The notes beneath the pieces were generated by a model, which saw only the letters and a program-made list of their open reading frames with translations, was not told the DNA's origin and did not search any database. A stretch of 64,000 nt of DNA from a virus, in the IMG/VR virus record IMGVR_UViG_3300044638_008494, positions 1 through 64,000 of that record, one strand, 5' to 3'. Below, one piece after another: positions 48,290-60,300 of the stretch; within the stretch, counting starts at the first letter, position 1; every line of letters starts with the position of its first letter. The position numbers were made by a program, and so were the translations under genes.

Positions 48290-49825
48290 TTATTCAGTAT
48301 ATACGTAAGTAAAACTTACTTTCCTACCATCAAGATCCTCATTTATAGTTTTTGCTGTTAAAATCGAAAGCTTATATTCATTTACAATTTGTTGTATAAA
48401 ATTCAAAGTATCAATATACTTTCCACTTTCAAATGAGGCATTTCCCTGTATTTGTATTGTTTGTGGCTGCTCATGAGTTCCATAAGCGCTCCATTCAGAA
48501 CAAAGTGGCTGTTTAAATTCATATTGCTGCAAAGAGTATGATTTTGTTATCCCATATGTTAAAGATTTTATATAGCACGGTATTACTGTATTTATCTTAT
48601 TAATACTCCAATTACATTTATAAATTATTTTAGATGCAGACTCGCTATATGTAACGTTTTCCTGTGCAAGTTTAAAATATGATAAATTATAATCATTATT
48701 ATTAAATTCATCTATGTTTTTTATAAATTCATTTAGTGGGTTAAATTTAGTATTAAAATAATCAACAACGCGAGTGTATCTTTCGGATTGATTTCCAACT
48801 CTGCATGTTATTTCCGAGACCATTTCTGCCGAATCTTGGTCGGCCTGTATATCGTATCCAAGATTAAAAGATGCCGTAGATTTGACAGCTATTATTGGAC
48901 TATTATCATTATTGAATACTGCGTTGAATTCAATAGTGTTACTTTGCAAGTTCTCATTAACACCAGAAGTTAAATAAAATGAATTAAGATCTCCATTATT
49001 TGTACATCCACTATAAACATCAAAAGCCAAACTCCACAAATCTAAAGTTTTATATTGATTTCTTACATTTTGTATGTTATTTCCCAACCCGCCTTCGATA
49101 CTTCCGTTAATACTAACCGTAGTAAAATTATCAAGATCTTTATTAATTGTATTGCTATATCTTATAATTCCAGTAACAATATTTGCTTGATCAAATATAT
49201 AATCTTCTTTTATTGAATATGTTCCATTCAAACGATCTGAAAATTCTGAAATTGAAACAAGTGTTGGCAAATTATTATCATGAATATTAATAAAAGCAGG
49301 TTTAATAAAATTATTTAATCCAGTCCTTGAGTATACCCAGTTCCTTGCGTTATAAATTGCTGCGTTTTTATTAGTCACACCATTTGCCGAGACTGAGTGG
49401 CTTATATTTACGCTTCTATTATTATTTTCTTCTACAACAAATTCATCTACAGGATTGGTTACAAAATGTTTTCCGCTAAACGATAATGGATCAAAAACTT
49501 CCACATTAACAGTAAATGGCAAAATATACGCATAGTTTGATTCATCAAAAGATATATCTCTAATAATAACATTATCGGCATTATAGATAATATTATTATC
49601 TTCTTTAATTTGAAAATTTTTGAAATTTTGCGCGAAATTACTTACCAACTGCTGCTGTTTTAATAACATGCCACTAAAACCCACACCACAGCCTACAATC
49701 TCCCCCTCTAAATTAAAAGTGTCAATAGATTGCCACCAACCATCACTTTCTCTATTAAAAGAGACAAATGGAGTGTAGCATATTCCACTAAATGCATTTT
49801 TATTATTATACCAAATTTCATTCAT
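48290..49825 (-). CDS. putative tail/baseplate protein
   Basis: 511 aa, similar character to the next gene; synteny. Confidence 0.6.
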   Translation of the reverse strand: MNEIWYNNKNAFSGICYTPFVSFNRESDGWWQSIDTFNLEGEIVGCGVGFSGMLLKQQQLVSNFAQNFKNFQIKEDNNIIYNADNVIIRDISFDESNYAYILPFTVNVEVFDPLSFSGKHFVTNPVDEFVVEENNNRSVNISHSVSANGVTNKNAAIYNARNWVYSRTGLNNFIKPAFINIHDNNLPTLVSISEFSDRLNGTYSIKEDYIFDQANIVTGIIRYSNTINKDLDNFTTVSINGSIEGGLGNNIQNVRNQYKTLDLWSLAFDVYSGCTNNGDLNSFYLTSGVNENLQSNTIEFNAVFNNDNSPIIAVKSTASFNLGYDIQADQDSAEMVSEITCRVGNQSERYTRVVDYFNTKFNPLNEFIKNIDEFNNNDYNLSYFKLAQENVTYSESASKIIYKCNWSINKINTVIPCYIKSLTYGITKSYSLQQYEFKQPLCSEWSAYGTHEQPQTIQIQGNASFESGKYIDTLNFIQQIVNEYKLSILTAKTINEDLDGRKVSFTYVYTE

Positions 49826-51389
49826 CGTCTATAGAAGTTACAGAGAATTGTGCGGTTCTTTCCATTGGATTTATGGATAATGTAGCGGATGTTGTTATTT
49901 CGCCCTCGCCGCCTTCATACATATCTTCAGGAAAAGTATTTAAAATCGTTTCCTTATTATATTTTCTTATTTTTGTTTTTGTTATTTCCTTAAAAGATTT
50001 TTGTTGGTGAAATTGTCTAACTAATTTATTAGATATTTTATATTCATCAAACAATCTTACTGGATAATTTATTGATTTAGACGATACACTTTCAGTATAT
50101 TCTCCTGATAAGTTTATGTTCCTATCAGAATATATTGCTGTATAATCAAGGTCGCCATTATACTTAGAAACTGTAAGTGATTTGTTTTTTAAATTTAAAA
50201 TTGGCTTTTTAATTTTATTACAAGAAATATTTTTATCTATTAAAGCCTCATAAGCATCATATGCAGCTGGATATAGTAAATTTATTTTTTGCTCATATCC
50301 ATATTTCATATTTTCATATTTTTCTTGCGAATTTAATGGCCCATGTCCTTTTATTTTTAAATTTACTTGCGATGCAGATTCATATGGATCCGCAAAATTC
50401 GTCGTTGCATCTAATATCCAAGAAAATCGTGATGATATAAACTTCTGATCAGAATATTTTGACTCTAATTGAATTCTTCCATCAAACCTATTGGCCTGAT
50501 ATCCTTGCGATACGGCAAATGAATTAAGAGTTCCGCTCGTATAATTCTGATAAAATGACTGGCATCTTGAATATGATAACCCTGAAATGGATTTTAATTT
50601 ATTTTTTGCTCCATCAAATCTTGGATCAGACAATCCCAGAATATCTGCAGTTTCTGTTACTTCTGATACGCCTTCTTCATTTCTTAACAAAGAATATGAA
50701 TAAAATACATCAGCATCATTATCTCCATTTATTGATTTTGAAAAACTTTCTTCAAAAGAAAAAGTTTTATTTATTAAATCATATGTTTCAGAATAATTTT
50801 TTTTAACTGAAAAAAAGTTATTACCACCGCTTAATAAAAAAAATGGAACCTCTTTTCCTATTATTCCAGACGCTATAGATTTAGCTATATTGCTTGCCAA
50901 ATTCCCAACCAAGGCATTATCGAATTCAATATTTAAATTATGACTGTATTCATAAACATTATTTCGATTCAAATTTAAATTAAAATTTTCAGAAAAATTT
51001 GTTATCAAAGACAATCTGTTATCGTTGATAAAATTAGACATACCGGTGAAATATGCACCGGTCATATTATACAAATTACCTGTGGATCTAATAATTATAT
51101 CTGCTGTATATTCTGCAGTTCTAACCCAATTAGAAGAATCTACGCTTATATTAGTTATATATCCAGAACCGAAATTATGGCCATTAATAATTATTTCACT
51201 TGTAGATTTTGATAAGTTAATCAAGTCATTCAGCCCACTAAAAACGCCACTAACACCTTGACTGTTTTGAAGGTCTAATAAGAGTCCTTGTATTTGTAAA
51301 TTTTTTTCTATAGCATAATTCAACCCATAATCTCCAAAGAATTTTGGACTATGCGTGTACGTTAGTAGAGTTGCATTATCAAAAATCAT
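49818..51389 (-). CDS. putative tail/baseplate protein
   Basis: 523 aa immediately downstream of tape measure. Confidence 0.6.
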   Translation of the reverse strand: MIFDNATLLTYTHSPKFFGDYGLNYAIEKNLQIQGLLLDLQNSQGVSGVFSGLNDLINLSKSTSEIIINGHNFGSGYITNISVDSSNWVRTAEYTADIIIRSTGNLYNMTGAYFTGMSNFINDNRLSLITNFSENFNLNLNRNNVYEYSHNLNIEFDNALVGNLASNIAKSIASGIIGKEVPFFLLSGGNNFFSVKKNYSETYDLINKTFSFEESFSKSINGDNDADVFYSYSLLRNEEGVSEVTETADILGLSDPRFDGAKNKLKSISGLSYSRCQSFYQNYTSGTLNSFAVSQGYQANRFDGRIQLESKYSDQKFISSRFSWILDATTNFADPYESASQVNLKIKGHGPLNSQEKYENMKYGYEQKINLLYPAAYDAYEALIDKNISCNKIKKPILNLKNKSLTVSKYNGDLDYTAIYSDRNINLSGEYTESVSSKSINYPVRLFDEYKISNKLVRQFHQQKSFKEITKTKIRKYNKETILNTFPEDMYEGGEGEITTSATLSINPMERTAQFSVTSIDDE

Positions 51390-51391
51390 AT

Positions 51392-54300
51392 TTATGCAGT
51401 CTGACCATTTTTAGTTTGTAATCCAGCAATTTGCCTATTAACAGCATCAATTGCCGATGCAAGTTCTGCTCTTAACTGCTCTTGAACTTCCGATATTTTT
51501 GCTCCAACCTCAGCAATTGCCTCTTCAGACATTGATACGTCTATTTTAAAATCAGTACTAATATCAACAGGAAAACTAATATCTTGATTTAAAGTCATTT
51601 CTTTTCCACCATCTTCTACTGGCTGCTGAGATACCTCTCTCTGTGGTGACTCTTGAACTTGCTTAGTTTGTTCTTCAACTATTCCACTATTTTTATTAAC
51701 AGCCTCACGACTACCATCTAATGACTTTTTCAATTCCCTTATTTCTTCTTTTCCTTGCTCGATATTTTTAGGAGGGGCCATCGGGGCTTGAGGCTCAACT
51801 CCGATTGGCGGTTTTGATTCTGGGTTAAAATTTGGATCATAATACCCTAATCCCCCATCTGGCTGTGGAAACATTTTCGGAGGAGGAAGCGTTGGTTTAG
51901 GAAATTGAGGAAAAGCTGGGCTTAACAAAGGAGACTGAGGTGTATATGGTCGAGTTAGTGGCCCACCAATTGGCTGCAATGGAGATTGGATTTGTGGATC
52001 CGCAAATTGACCAACCAAAGGATTAACTCCTCGATTTGTAAATGGAGACGCAGTAGGTGGAACATATGGTGAAACTGCGGGGTTATTATAAGGAAAAGGC
52101 TTTGGAGCCTGAAGCGGCATACCCACGCTACCAGCTCCACCCTCTCCGAAATTAGGATCATAAAATCCTTGACTTCCATCAGGCTGAGTAAATGTTTGCG
52201 GCGGAGGAAGCGTTGGTTTAGGAAATTGAGGAAAATTAGGTCTTGGCGTCAATACTTCTCGCATATTTTCCGCTGACCCACCCAACATAACAGATCCTTC
52301 TAGCGCACTTACTATCTTATCTCCATTTAAATCTATAGCACCTATCATTTTTATAGCAAATGGATTAAGAGAATTTTCTAAAACAGACTTTATAATCGGC
52401 ATAACGTCAGTCGCCATTGTTCCATCTATACCCTTGTTTAACATACCATCTCTGGAAGCATTTGGGGCTTGATATGGCATTTGCGACAATAATGATGTTA
52501 CATCATAAGTGTTTCCAGCCTTTAACTCATCTCTTAAATACTGTATTACTGATATCATTTTATCATCTGATATTTTTTGTCCAGCCAGTAATGCGTCAAT
52601 TGAAGATTTTAATTGTTGCTGAAAATCATCGACATTTTTAATTTCAGAATTTGCATTCTGGCTCTTTTGTACGGCGAGCTGATTTACGGACCGACCAGTA
52701 TCGGTCGCCTCCACTTTTAATTCGTTTTTCAAATATTTAGAAAAATTTTCTTTTAAACTATCCGCAAACTCTTTTCCATACTTATTCATAGCATCAACTG
52801 CCAATTTATTATTTGGATCTGCCCTCCATTGGGTTAACTGCTCTTTTGTCATTGATTGAGACCATTGGCCCGACATTCGACCTTCTTCATTAAACATTTG
52901 ATGTGTTTGATATTTATCTCCCCAACTTAACAAATCAGCACCAGGATCATCTGGTCCGTAGTTGTATTTCCTACGAACTACATTTTGATAATTTTTTTCT
53001 TCAATTTCTTTTATTATTTCTTGAAATGATTTTCCTAATGGGCCACTTGATGCTCCTGATATGTTTGTATTCGGAAGTTTATTTAAAATTTGTTTTAGTA
53101 TAGAAATATTTTGAGCTACAGCTTGGTCTTGCTGCGCTTGAGATGCTTCCATTGCTTTAGCGGCCGCTGGGCTTATAATTGTAAAATTTCCGCCACTAGA
53201 GCCGCCAACGCCACTAACACCACCAACGCCGCCAGCACTACCAGCACCACTAACACTGCCAGTAGTAGCTGCTCCCCGCATTGCTGCTTTTATTGCACTT
53301 GCGGCTGCTGTGCTTGTTATTGGGGGATTTGTTGTGGCGCTTCCTCTAGCATTAGACTGCATACTAAATGCACCGCCAGAAGTTGATGGGCATAATGCAT
53401 TAATAGCTGTTTGCGCACAATTTGCCAAATTTAGTAATTTTTCCGCAGCATTATCTGCTTCTTTTTGTAATCCAGTAAAGGCTTGTTGTGAAAATTTATC
53501 CATATTTATTCCCACATATCCAATAGATTTAACCAGATCTTCAGCTGCTTGATTGAATGGGTTAGCAAATTTTTGCCCAGGCTTCATACCGCCAAACTGC
53601 TGATTAACCATATCAACCACATTTGCTCGACCCAATCCCTTTAAATTACCCAAACCAATAGCATCAAGGTATTCATCGGATTGATCTTGCAACATTGCTG
53701 TTAATCTTGATCTTTCTCCTCTTTGGTAATTTTCTGGAATTCCAAGAGCTTCCATAGCTTCTAATCTTCTGATTGACTGTTCGCGCTCGAACTTGTCCAT
53801 TTCTCTTTTATATTTTAATGGCCCAATTTCGCCAGCTTGGTATGCCCTACGAAGCTCAGTTCCCTCCATTTGTGTTGGGTCAAATCCTGATAATCCAGAA
53901 ACCCCACCAGCATATCCTTGCATTTTTTGCATGCGATCATTAAATCTACCAACTGCAATATCGAATGCCTGTTGAACTTTTTGTGCAGCATTGTTAAAAT
54001 CTATATTTTGTAGCGCCTGTTTTAAATTAAAATTTGCATCTTCAAGGCTTTTCTCATATGCGTCCTGCAGCCCTTTAGGCAATTTTGATAAATCAATTTT
54101 TTGTATATCTTCTATAGTTACAGCTTTTGCAATTTGTTCGGATACATTTTGCAAATCTACAACCTCTCCACGGTTAGCAGATGTTGTTAAATCTGCATTT
54201 TTTATATTATCTTGCAATTGCGGAACAAATGATCCCTTTAATGTATCAGCCGCTTCTTTACTTGCTTCTATAAAATCAATATAACTTTGCTGATCAATTC

Positions 54301-57300
54301 TTGCTGCGCCAATTGCCGCTTCTTGTTCAAAAGATGGGGTTCTGTACTGCATAATCGCAGTATCAGTTTGCGTGGCTAAGCCTAAATTAAATTTAGGTAT
54401 ATCTATTTTTAAAATTTTATTTAAGCTTCCTATTAATTTTGCAGAATTATCAAGCGCGTTTTTATTTTTTCTAAAATTATTAATATAATCTTGAACTACT
54501 TGTGGCAATTGTGAAATATTTTTTCTACTCTGTTCTTCAAGTCGAAGAGTATTTTGATTTTCTTCTAAACGCTTTTTCAAATTTTTAGATAAATCTTCTG
54601 ATAATCCTCTTAATTCTGCAGGTGATGCTTTTTTAAATGCTTCTTTTAATTTTTCAAGTTCTTCTGCGGTGCCTTCCCCGCCTTCTTTCAACATGCTTAA
54701 AATATTATCAAATTCTTCTCCAATACGGACCGCGTCAAATCCTTTTAATTTTTCCACCGAAGGAATTACCTTGTTTAACATGTCTATGCGGCCCTTAGTA
54801 TCAACATCTTCTCCACCGGCATAATCAAATGTAGATAAAATAGAATCAGCAATTTTTTTAGATTGATCTTTTCCTATATTGGTCCATGATGTTATAAATT
54901 CTTTACCAATATCTGTAGTTAACGATTCAATATTTGCACCTCTTGTTTGATCTTGTATATATTTAGCTAAAATTTCTTGCTGTTTTGCAACATCATTTGT
55001 CGCAGATATTTGGTTTTGTATGCTTGGTGGCAACTTTGATAATTGTCGCAAGTATTCATTTTCTGCTCTTGTTATATCTTTAATTGGGGCATTGGATTCA
55101 GTTAAATCACTTAATTTTTCTCTAGCTATTAGTAATCCTTGCGTAGACTCTTGTGCTCTTTGTGCATTTTCTGTTGCTTTTTGAACTCTTTGAGATGCAT
55201 CGCCCAATCCATTTATAGATAATGCTAGCGCATCTACAATTGGCTTTGCTGATAATGCAGCTCCAACTATTCCTCCTATTATTGCGCCTGGTGCTCCACC
55301 GCCAACTGCCGCGCCAGCCCCTGCAAAACCACCAATATTGCCTAATCCAGTCAAAAGTGACCCCGCAACTGTTTGATCTCCACCAGCTATCTGAGATCCT
55401 ATTCCGCTTGCTGTTTGAAGGGCGAATCCCAACCCCAAACCTTTATTTTTTGCAAACTCATCAAACCTTTCTCTTTTAGTCAAGCTTCGTTTATTTATAG
55501 CAGATTGAATTGTTGCTGCTCTTTCTTCAGATTTGGCCTGATCTCTCGCTACACGCTCTCTTCTTTTTTCCCTTTCTATTTGACCAGCCATTCCAGTATC
55601 TGTCCATGTCCCTGCTTGGGCATTATATAATGTAGGATTTTGTCTGGCTGTATTTTCCTGAATATCTAATTTTTGCAAAAGCTTGTTTTGCCTATTTATT
55701 CTTTGCTGGTTAGATTCAAATGCTTGATCTAATGTTTGTCCGGTGGATTTTAGTTCTCCTTTTAATTTTCTTAATTCTTTTGCTCCATCATCCAGCTGTC
55801 CTCCAAAAAATGCTAGAGAAAATAGCAATCCAGAAATTGATGCTGAAATTGCTGTAAAATCTGTTGCTCCAGAGGTGAAATTTGTTGCTCCAGAGGTGAA
55901 ATTTGTTTCATTATCTCCTGCGGCAAAATTTGGAATGAATCCAGAAGAGGCCAATAATCCAGCACCTTTCTGCATCTCTGCAGAATCCTTCATGGCGCGA
56001 TTTTTTCCACCATGTTGGCGCATAGCTGAGGCAAACGAAGGCTGACTTTTATTTCTTACGTGCAAGAATGGCTTATCATCTATTACGGCTTTTTTTCCAG
56101 AAATAGATTCTTCTAAAGCAATAACTTCTTTGACATACTGATCTGATTTTGCAAAATTTGGTATAAAACCAGAAGCTGCCATATCAGAAGTTTTGCGTAT
56201 ATTTTGATTATAATTTCTTAATTCTTTTATGGCCATTGGGCTACTAGCCAGCGACTGCAAATCCTTATCTGATAAGCCCAACTCTTTTGCTCCTTGAACA
56301 AGTGGCTTGTATTTTAAATCTCCGATCTTAATTGCGTCCAGATTAAATCCAGCATTAGATTTAGATCCGTACAGCAGTTCTTTAAATTTATTTAACTTGT
56401 CTGGCGTTCCAAGTTTTAACAACGATCCTTGCTGTATTCTTGCCAAGGCAGATTGTGCCGCAGATCTTTCTCCAAGGGTAGCGCCGCGCTTCATCAATTC
56501 TTGAATTGCTTGTATATTTACAAAATTTGGTATAAAACCAGAAGCAAATTTACCAACATTCGGCTGACTTTCAGATGCAATCCTCTTAGCCATATGTCCA
56601 AATACTATTGGGTCAATAAGCCCTACTTTATTTGTTTTTATTAAACCTTCTGGAGAAATTCCACCTTCGCGCGCCTGTATTTGCGCTTCTTTTGGAAGTG
56701 GGCGCATAAATGTAAAATTCGCTGATGAGGCAGTATCTAAAGCTAATGCTTGCAACCAATTTGGCTTTTCGCTTACAGACCTTTTTGCACTCTCAAATCT
56801 TGAATTGACAATAGCAATTAAAGATTTTTCTACCTCATAATCGTTAATTTCATCTTTAAATGTATTACCAGCAAATCTTTGCGATGTTACCAATGAGTTA
56901 CCAGAGACTCTTCTTAAAGGCAATAATTGTAAATTTGAATCAGTTTTTTTTAGTTGCCTTGTAGCTTTTGCCCAATCTATTGAACCAATATCTCTTAATT
57001 TACCTCTTTGTTGCATTGGGGACTTGTAATCTAAAGTCGGTAATTTTAGAACTTTACTTCCGGTTTTAAACGCATGAGATTCTGCCCCACTGCCTAGATA
57101 TTGTAAATCAGGATATTGTTGATATAATTTATTTATACGCTTTTCAACTGCTGGTTTTTGTTTAATCTCCTCAAAATTAAACGAACTCTTATTTCGTATT
57201 TGCTCTAAAATTGGGCTATCTGCAAAATTTGGTATAAACCCACTTGCCATAGCAAACATCCCTTGCTGGTTTGGATATTTTTTTGCAAATATTGCTCCTA

Positions 57301-60300
57301 ATTTTGCTACAATATCAGGATCTCTTAAAGCTTCTTGTGGCAATCTATTCTTTTTGACAAAGTCTTTAATCCATTGTGCTTGAAATTTATTTCTTCCAGC
57401 CATCATTGGATTTGCTGCAAATGCTGGAATAAAACCATCGGCAGCGCCAGAAGATTGTAACGCTGCCATTCTTTTCTCTACTTCTATTTCAAACTGTGAT
57501 CGCGCTCCTCCCCTTCTAAGAACTAGCCCTTCTTTTCTAATACTTTCAATAGCTTTTATTCTAAGAGCCTGAACTTTTCCAAAACCAGGCCCACTTTTTA
57601 CTTGTTTAACTGCACCAGGTTTTGCTTCGTTGAGTAATTTTTGCATTACTTCATTAGTTGCACCCGATGAGCTTTTTGCATCATACATTCCAGGCGCACC
57701 ATGAAATAATTTTCTTAATCTTGGCGTTATTCTTTCTTGTCTAAAATCAATACCAGCATTTTGAGAAGTTTTTTGTAAGCCTTGCTGAAGTAAAGTAATT
57801 AATCCACCCTCGAAGGCAACGCCAACGGCACCCTCTGCTGCTCCATAGTTAGGAAGATCTTTTGGTGATTTTAAAAAGTTTTCACCTCCTAAAACTTGTC
57901 CGAATTGATTCGCCTCACGAACAAGTAGGTCGCCTAAATTTTTTTTCAAATCAGGGAGCTGGCCTTTAATAACATCTTTATTAATTCCAGCAACCGGTAT
58001 TAGCCCTTTGTATTTTTTGCCAAGATACGAACCAGCGCCCGGTGCCATTGTGTAACCTTCAGAAATATTAGGATAAATAAGAGATACAACCTTGCCATTT
58101 AATGCTTTAGATGTTCTCGTATCACCAAGATCAATAATTTCATCGCCTTCCTTTGATGATTTGGCAAAATTTGGTATAAAACCAGAAGCTGCATTTGGAA
58201 CAACCAATTTATAATTGCTTGGCATAAAAATATTATCCTTTTGTGGAGGATTTTGTTTTTTGCTTTTTCCGTAATTAGTTTCAATAACTTTAGAAATTAA
58301 ATTATCGTTGTCTATTGTTCCAAATTTCACCTCGCCCACTGGTTTTCCTTTTGAATTTAATAGGTCCATTCTTGCAGTTTTTGATTCTGCAACTTGCAAA
58401 CCAAGACGATTCGCAGCAAATCTCTCGAAATATTTACCAACAAGATCATTTTTTACCCCAGTGAATTGTCTGTCCTTATTAACTAATTTTGTATTGCCAG
58501 ATAATAAGCTAGGAACCTTTTCTTTATTTGTGAGCAAATTTTGTTTTAACTGGCCAATTTGTTTTATAGAATACCCATTTCTTGTAAAATATTTAACAGC
58601 AGTCTCTGATAGCTTTGAATCTTTGGAATTTAAATTATTTAATTGTTTATCAAATTGATTTTCAAATGAAGATCTACTACCAATCGAAATAATATCAAAT
58701 GAAAATGGAGAATATGTATCTAAACCCTTATTTGCTACTTGAGATGATTGTACTCCAGTTATAGTACCACCTGGCAAAGATTTTTTATTTTTTGGTTGTG
58801 CGAAATTTGGCACAAACCCAGATGCAGATATTTTTTTAGCTCCATCAGGTAGACCATATTTGCTTTTCATTTCCCTATTCCATACAGCAGTTCCATCACC
58901 ACCACCATAATTAGGAACAGCCCATTCTCCAGTATGAGCCACCATTGTCCCCTTTTTATTATTTCCCATTGGGAAATTTTTCATTACAACTGGTCTATCT
59001 TTTGCTGGATTTGCGTCACCAACTCTATTATTAATATTATTTTGCTCTGCTGCTAGATGCGGCAAAAAGCCACCAGCCGCAGTTTTAACCTTAGAACCTC
59101 TTTGTGTTATAAAAGATTTTCCACCCACGTTTTGCACACCAACTTGAGACGCTGTTGTTTTTGCTATCTGTGCTGCTATAGAATTTTGCTTTTGCAACTC
59201 TATGGTTTGCTGCTTTACAATTTCTAAATATGCTTTTGCCCCAGAAGCAACAGAGGCTTGGCCGCTAGATATTGCCTTGTATATACTAGCATTATTTTGT
59301 AAAAATTTTACAACACTTTGCTGTATTACTGCTTGTTCTTTAGCTGCTTGATTTACCCCTAAAATACTTTTAAAAGCTTCAACACCATATCTAGAAAATT
59401 CTGCAAATAGTTTAACTACCGCTGCCGTTACCAAAGCAAGCCCTGGTCCGCCAATAAAATTTCCAATTCCGCTTATTATTCCGCTACCAATTTTTGCACC
59501 AATACTATCAGCATCAACATTGTTCACGGCACCAGTGAGAAATTCAGAAATATTTAAAACATTTTTTGCAGCTGGCTCAAAAAGTCCACCAGCAATATTT
59601 CCTCCAGCTTGCTGTATATTTGCCAAGGCACGCGTACCTCTAGCAGAAAGTGTTTCATTTAATTTTTCATTACGCCTTATGGCCTGATCAGTAGTTCCAA
59701 GTGATGTTTTTAAAGCTTGGTCATATATTGAATATTCCTTACCAAGATCTCCCAGCGCAGCTTTTAATACGTTAATTTGGAATACACCGCCAACCTGCTC
59801 AGCTACATAGTTTTTTTGCGTTGCAGATAATCCATCGTAAACACTAGCAAGTTCTTTCAATAATTGTACTTGCGTTTTTACATTACCCTCGGCATCTGTA
59901 GATTGTATGCCTAGCCCACCCAAAACTTCTTGTGTTTTTTCTCTACCAAGTCTTGTAAATATAGTTTTTAATGAGTTACCTATAACAGCACCGCCTCGAG
60001 CCGTAACTTGTTGCGCGGTGGTTACTAAAGCGATCAACTCATCAAAAGAAATTCCAGCATCATCAGCGGAAGATCCAACGCGGCTAAGTGCGTTTGCTAA
60101 ATCCGCAGAACTAACAGCAAAAGCAGCATCAACGTTAGCTAGTTTATTTACAATTTCAGTTGCTTGTAGCGCAGATCCCCCAAACGAGTTGATTGCGGCT
60201 GTTAATGCAGATACGCTAGCGGCGGCATCCAATCCACTTAAACGTGTTAAGATCAAAGCCGCTTCTGTTCGCTTTAATGTTTCTTCTACCCCAAGACCTT

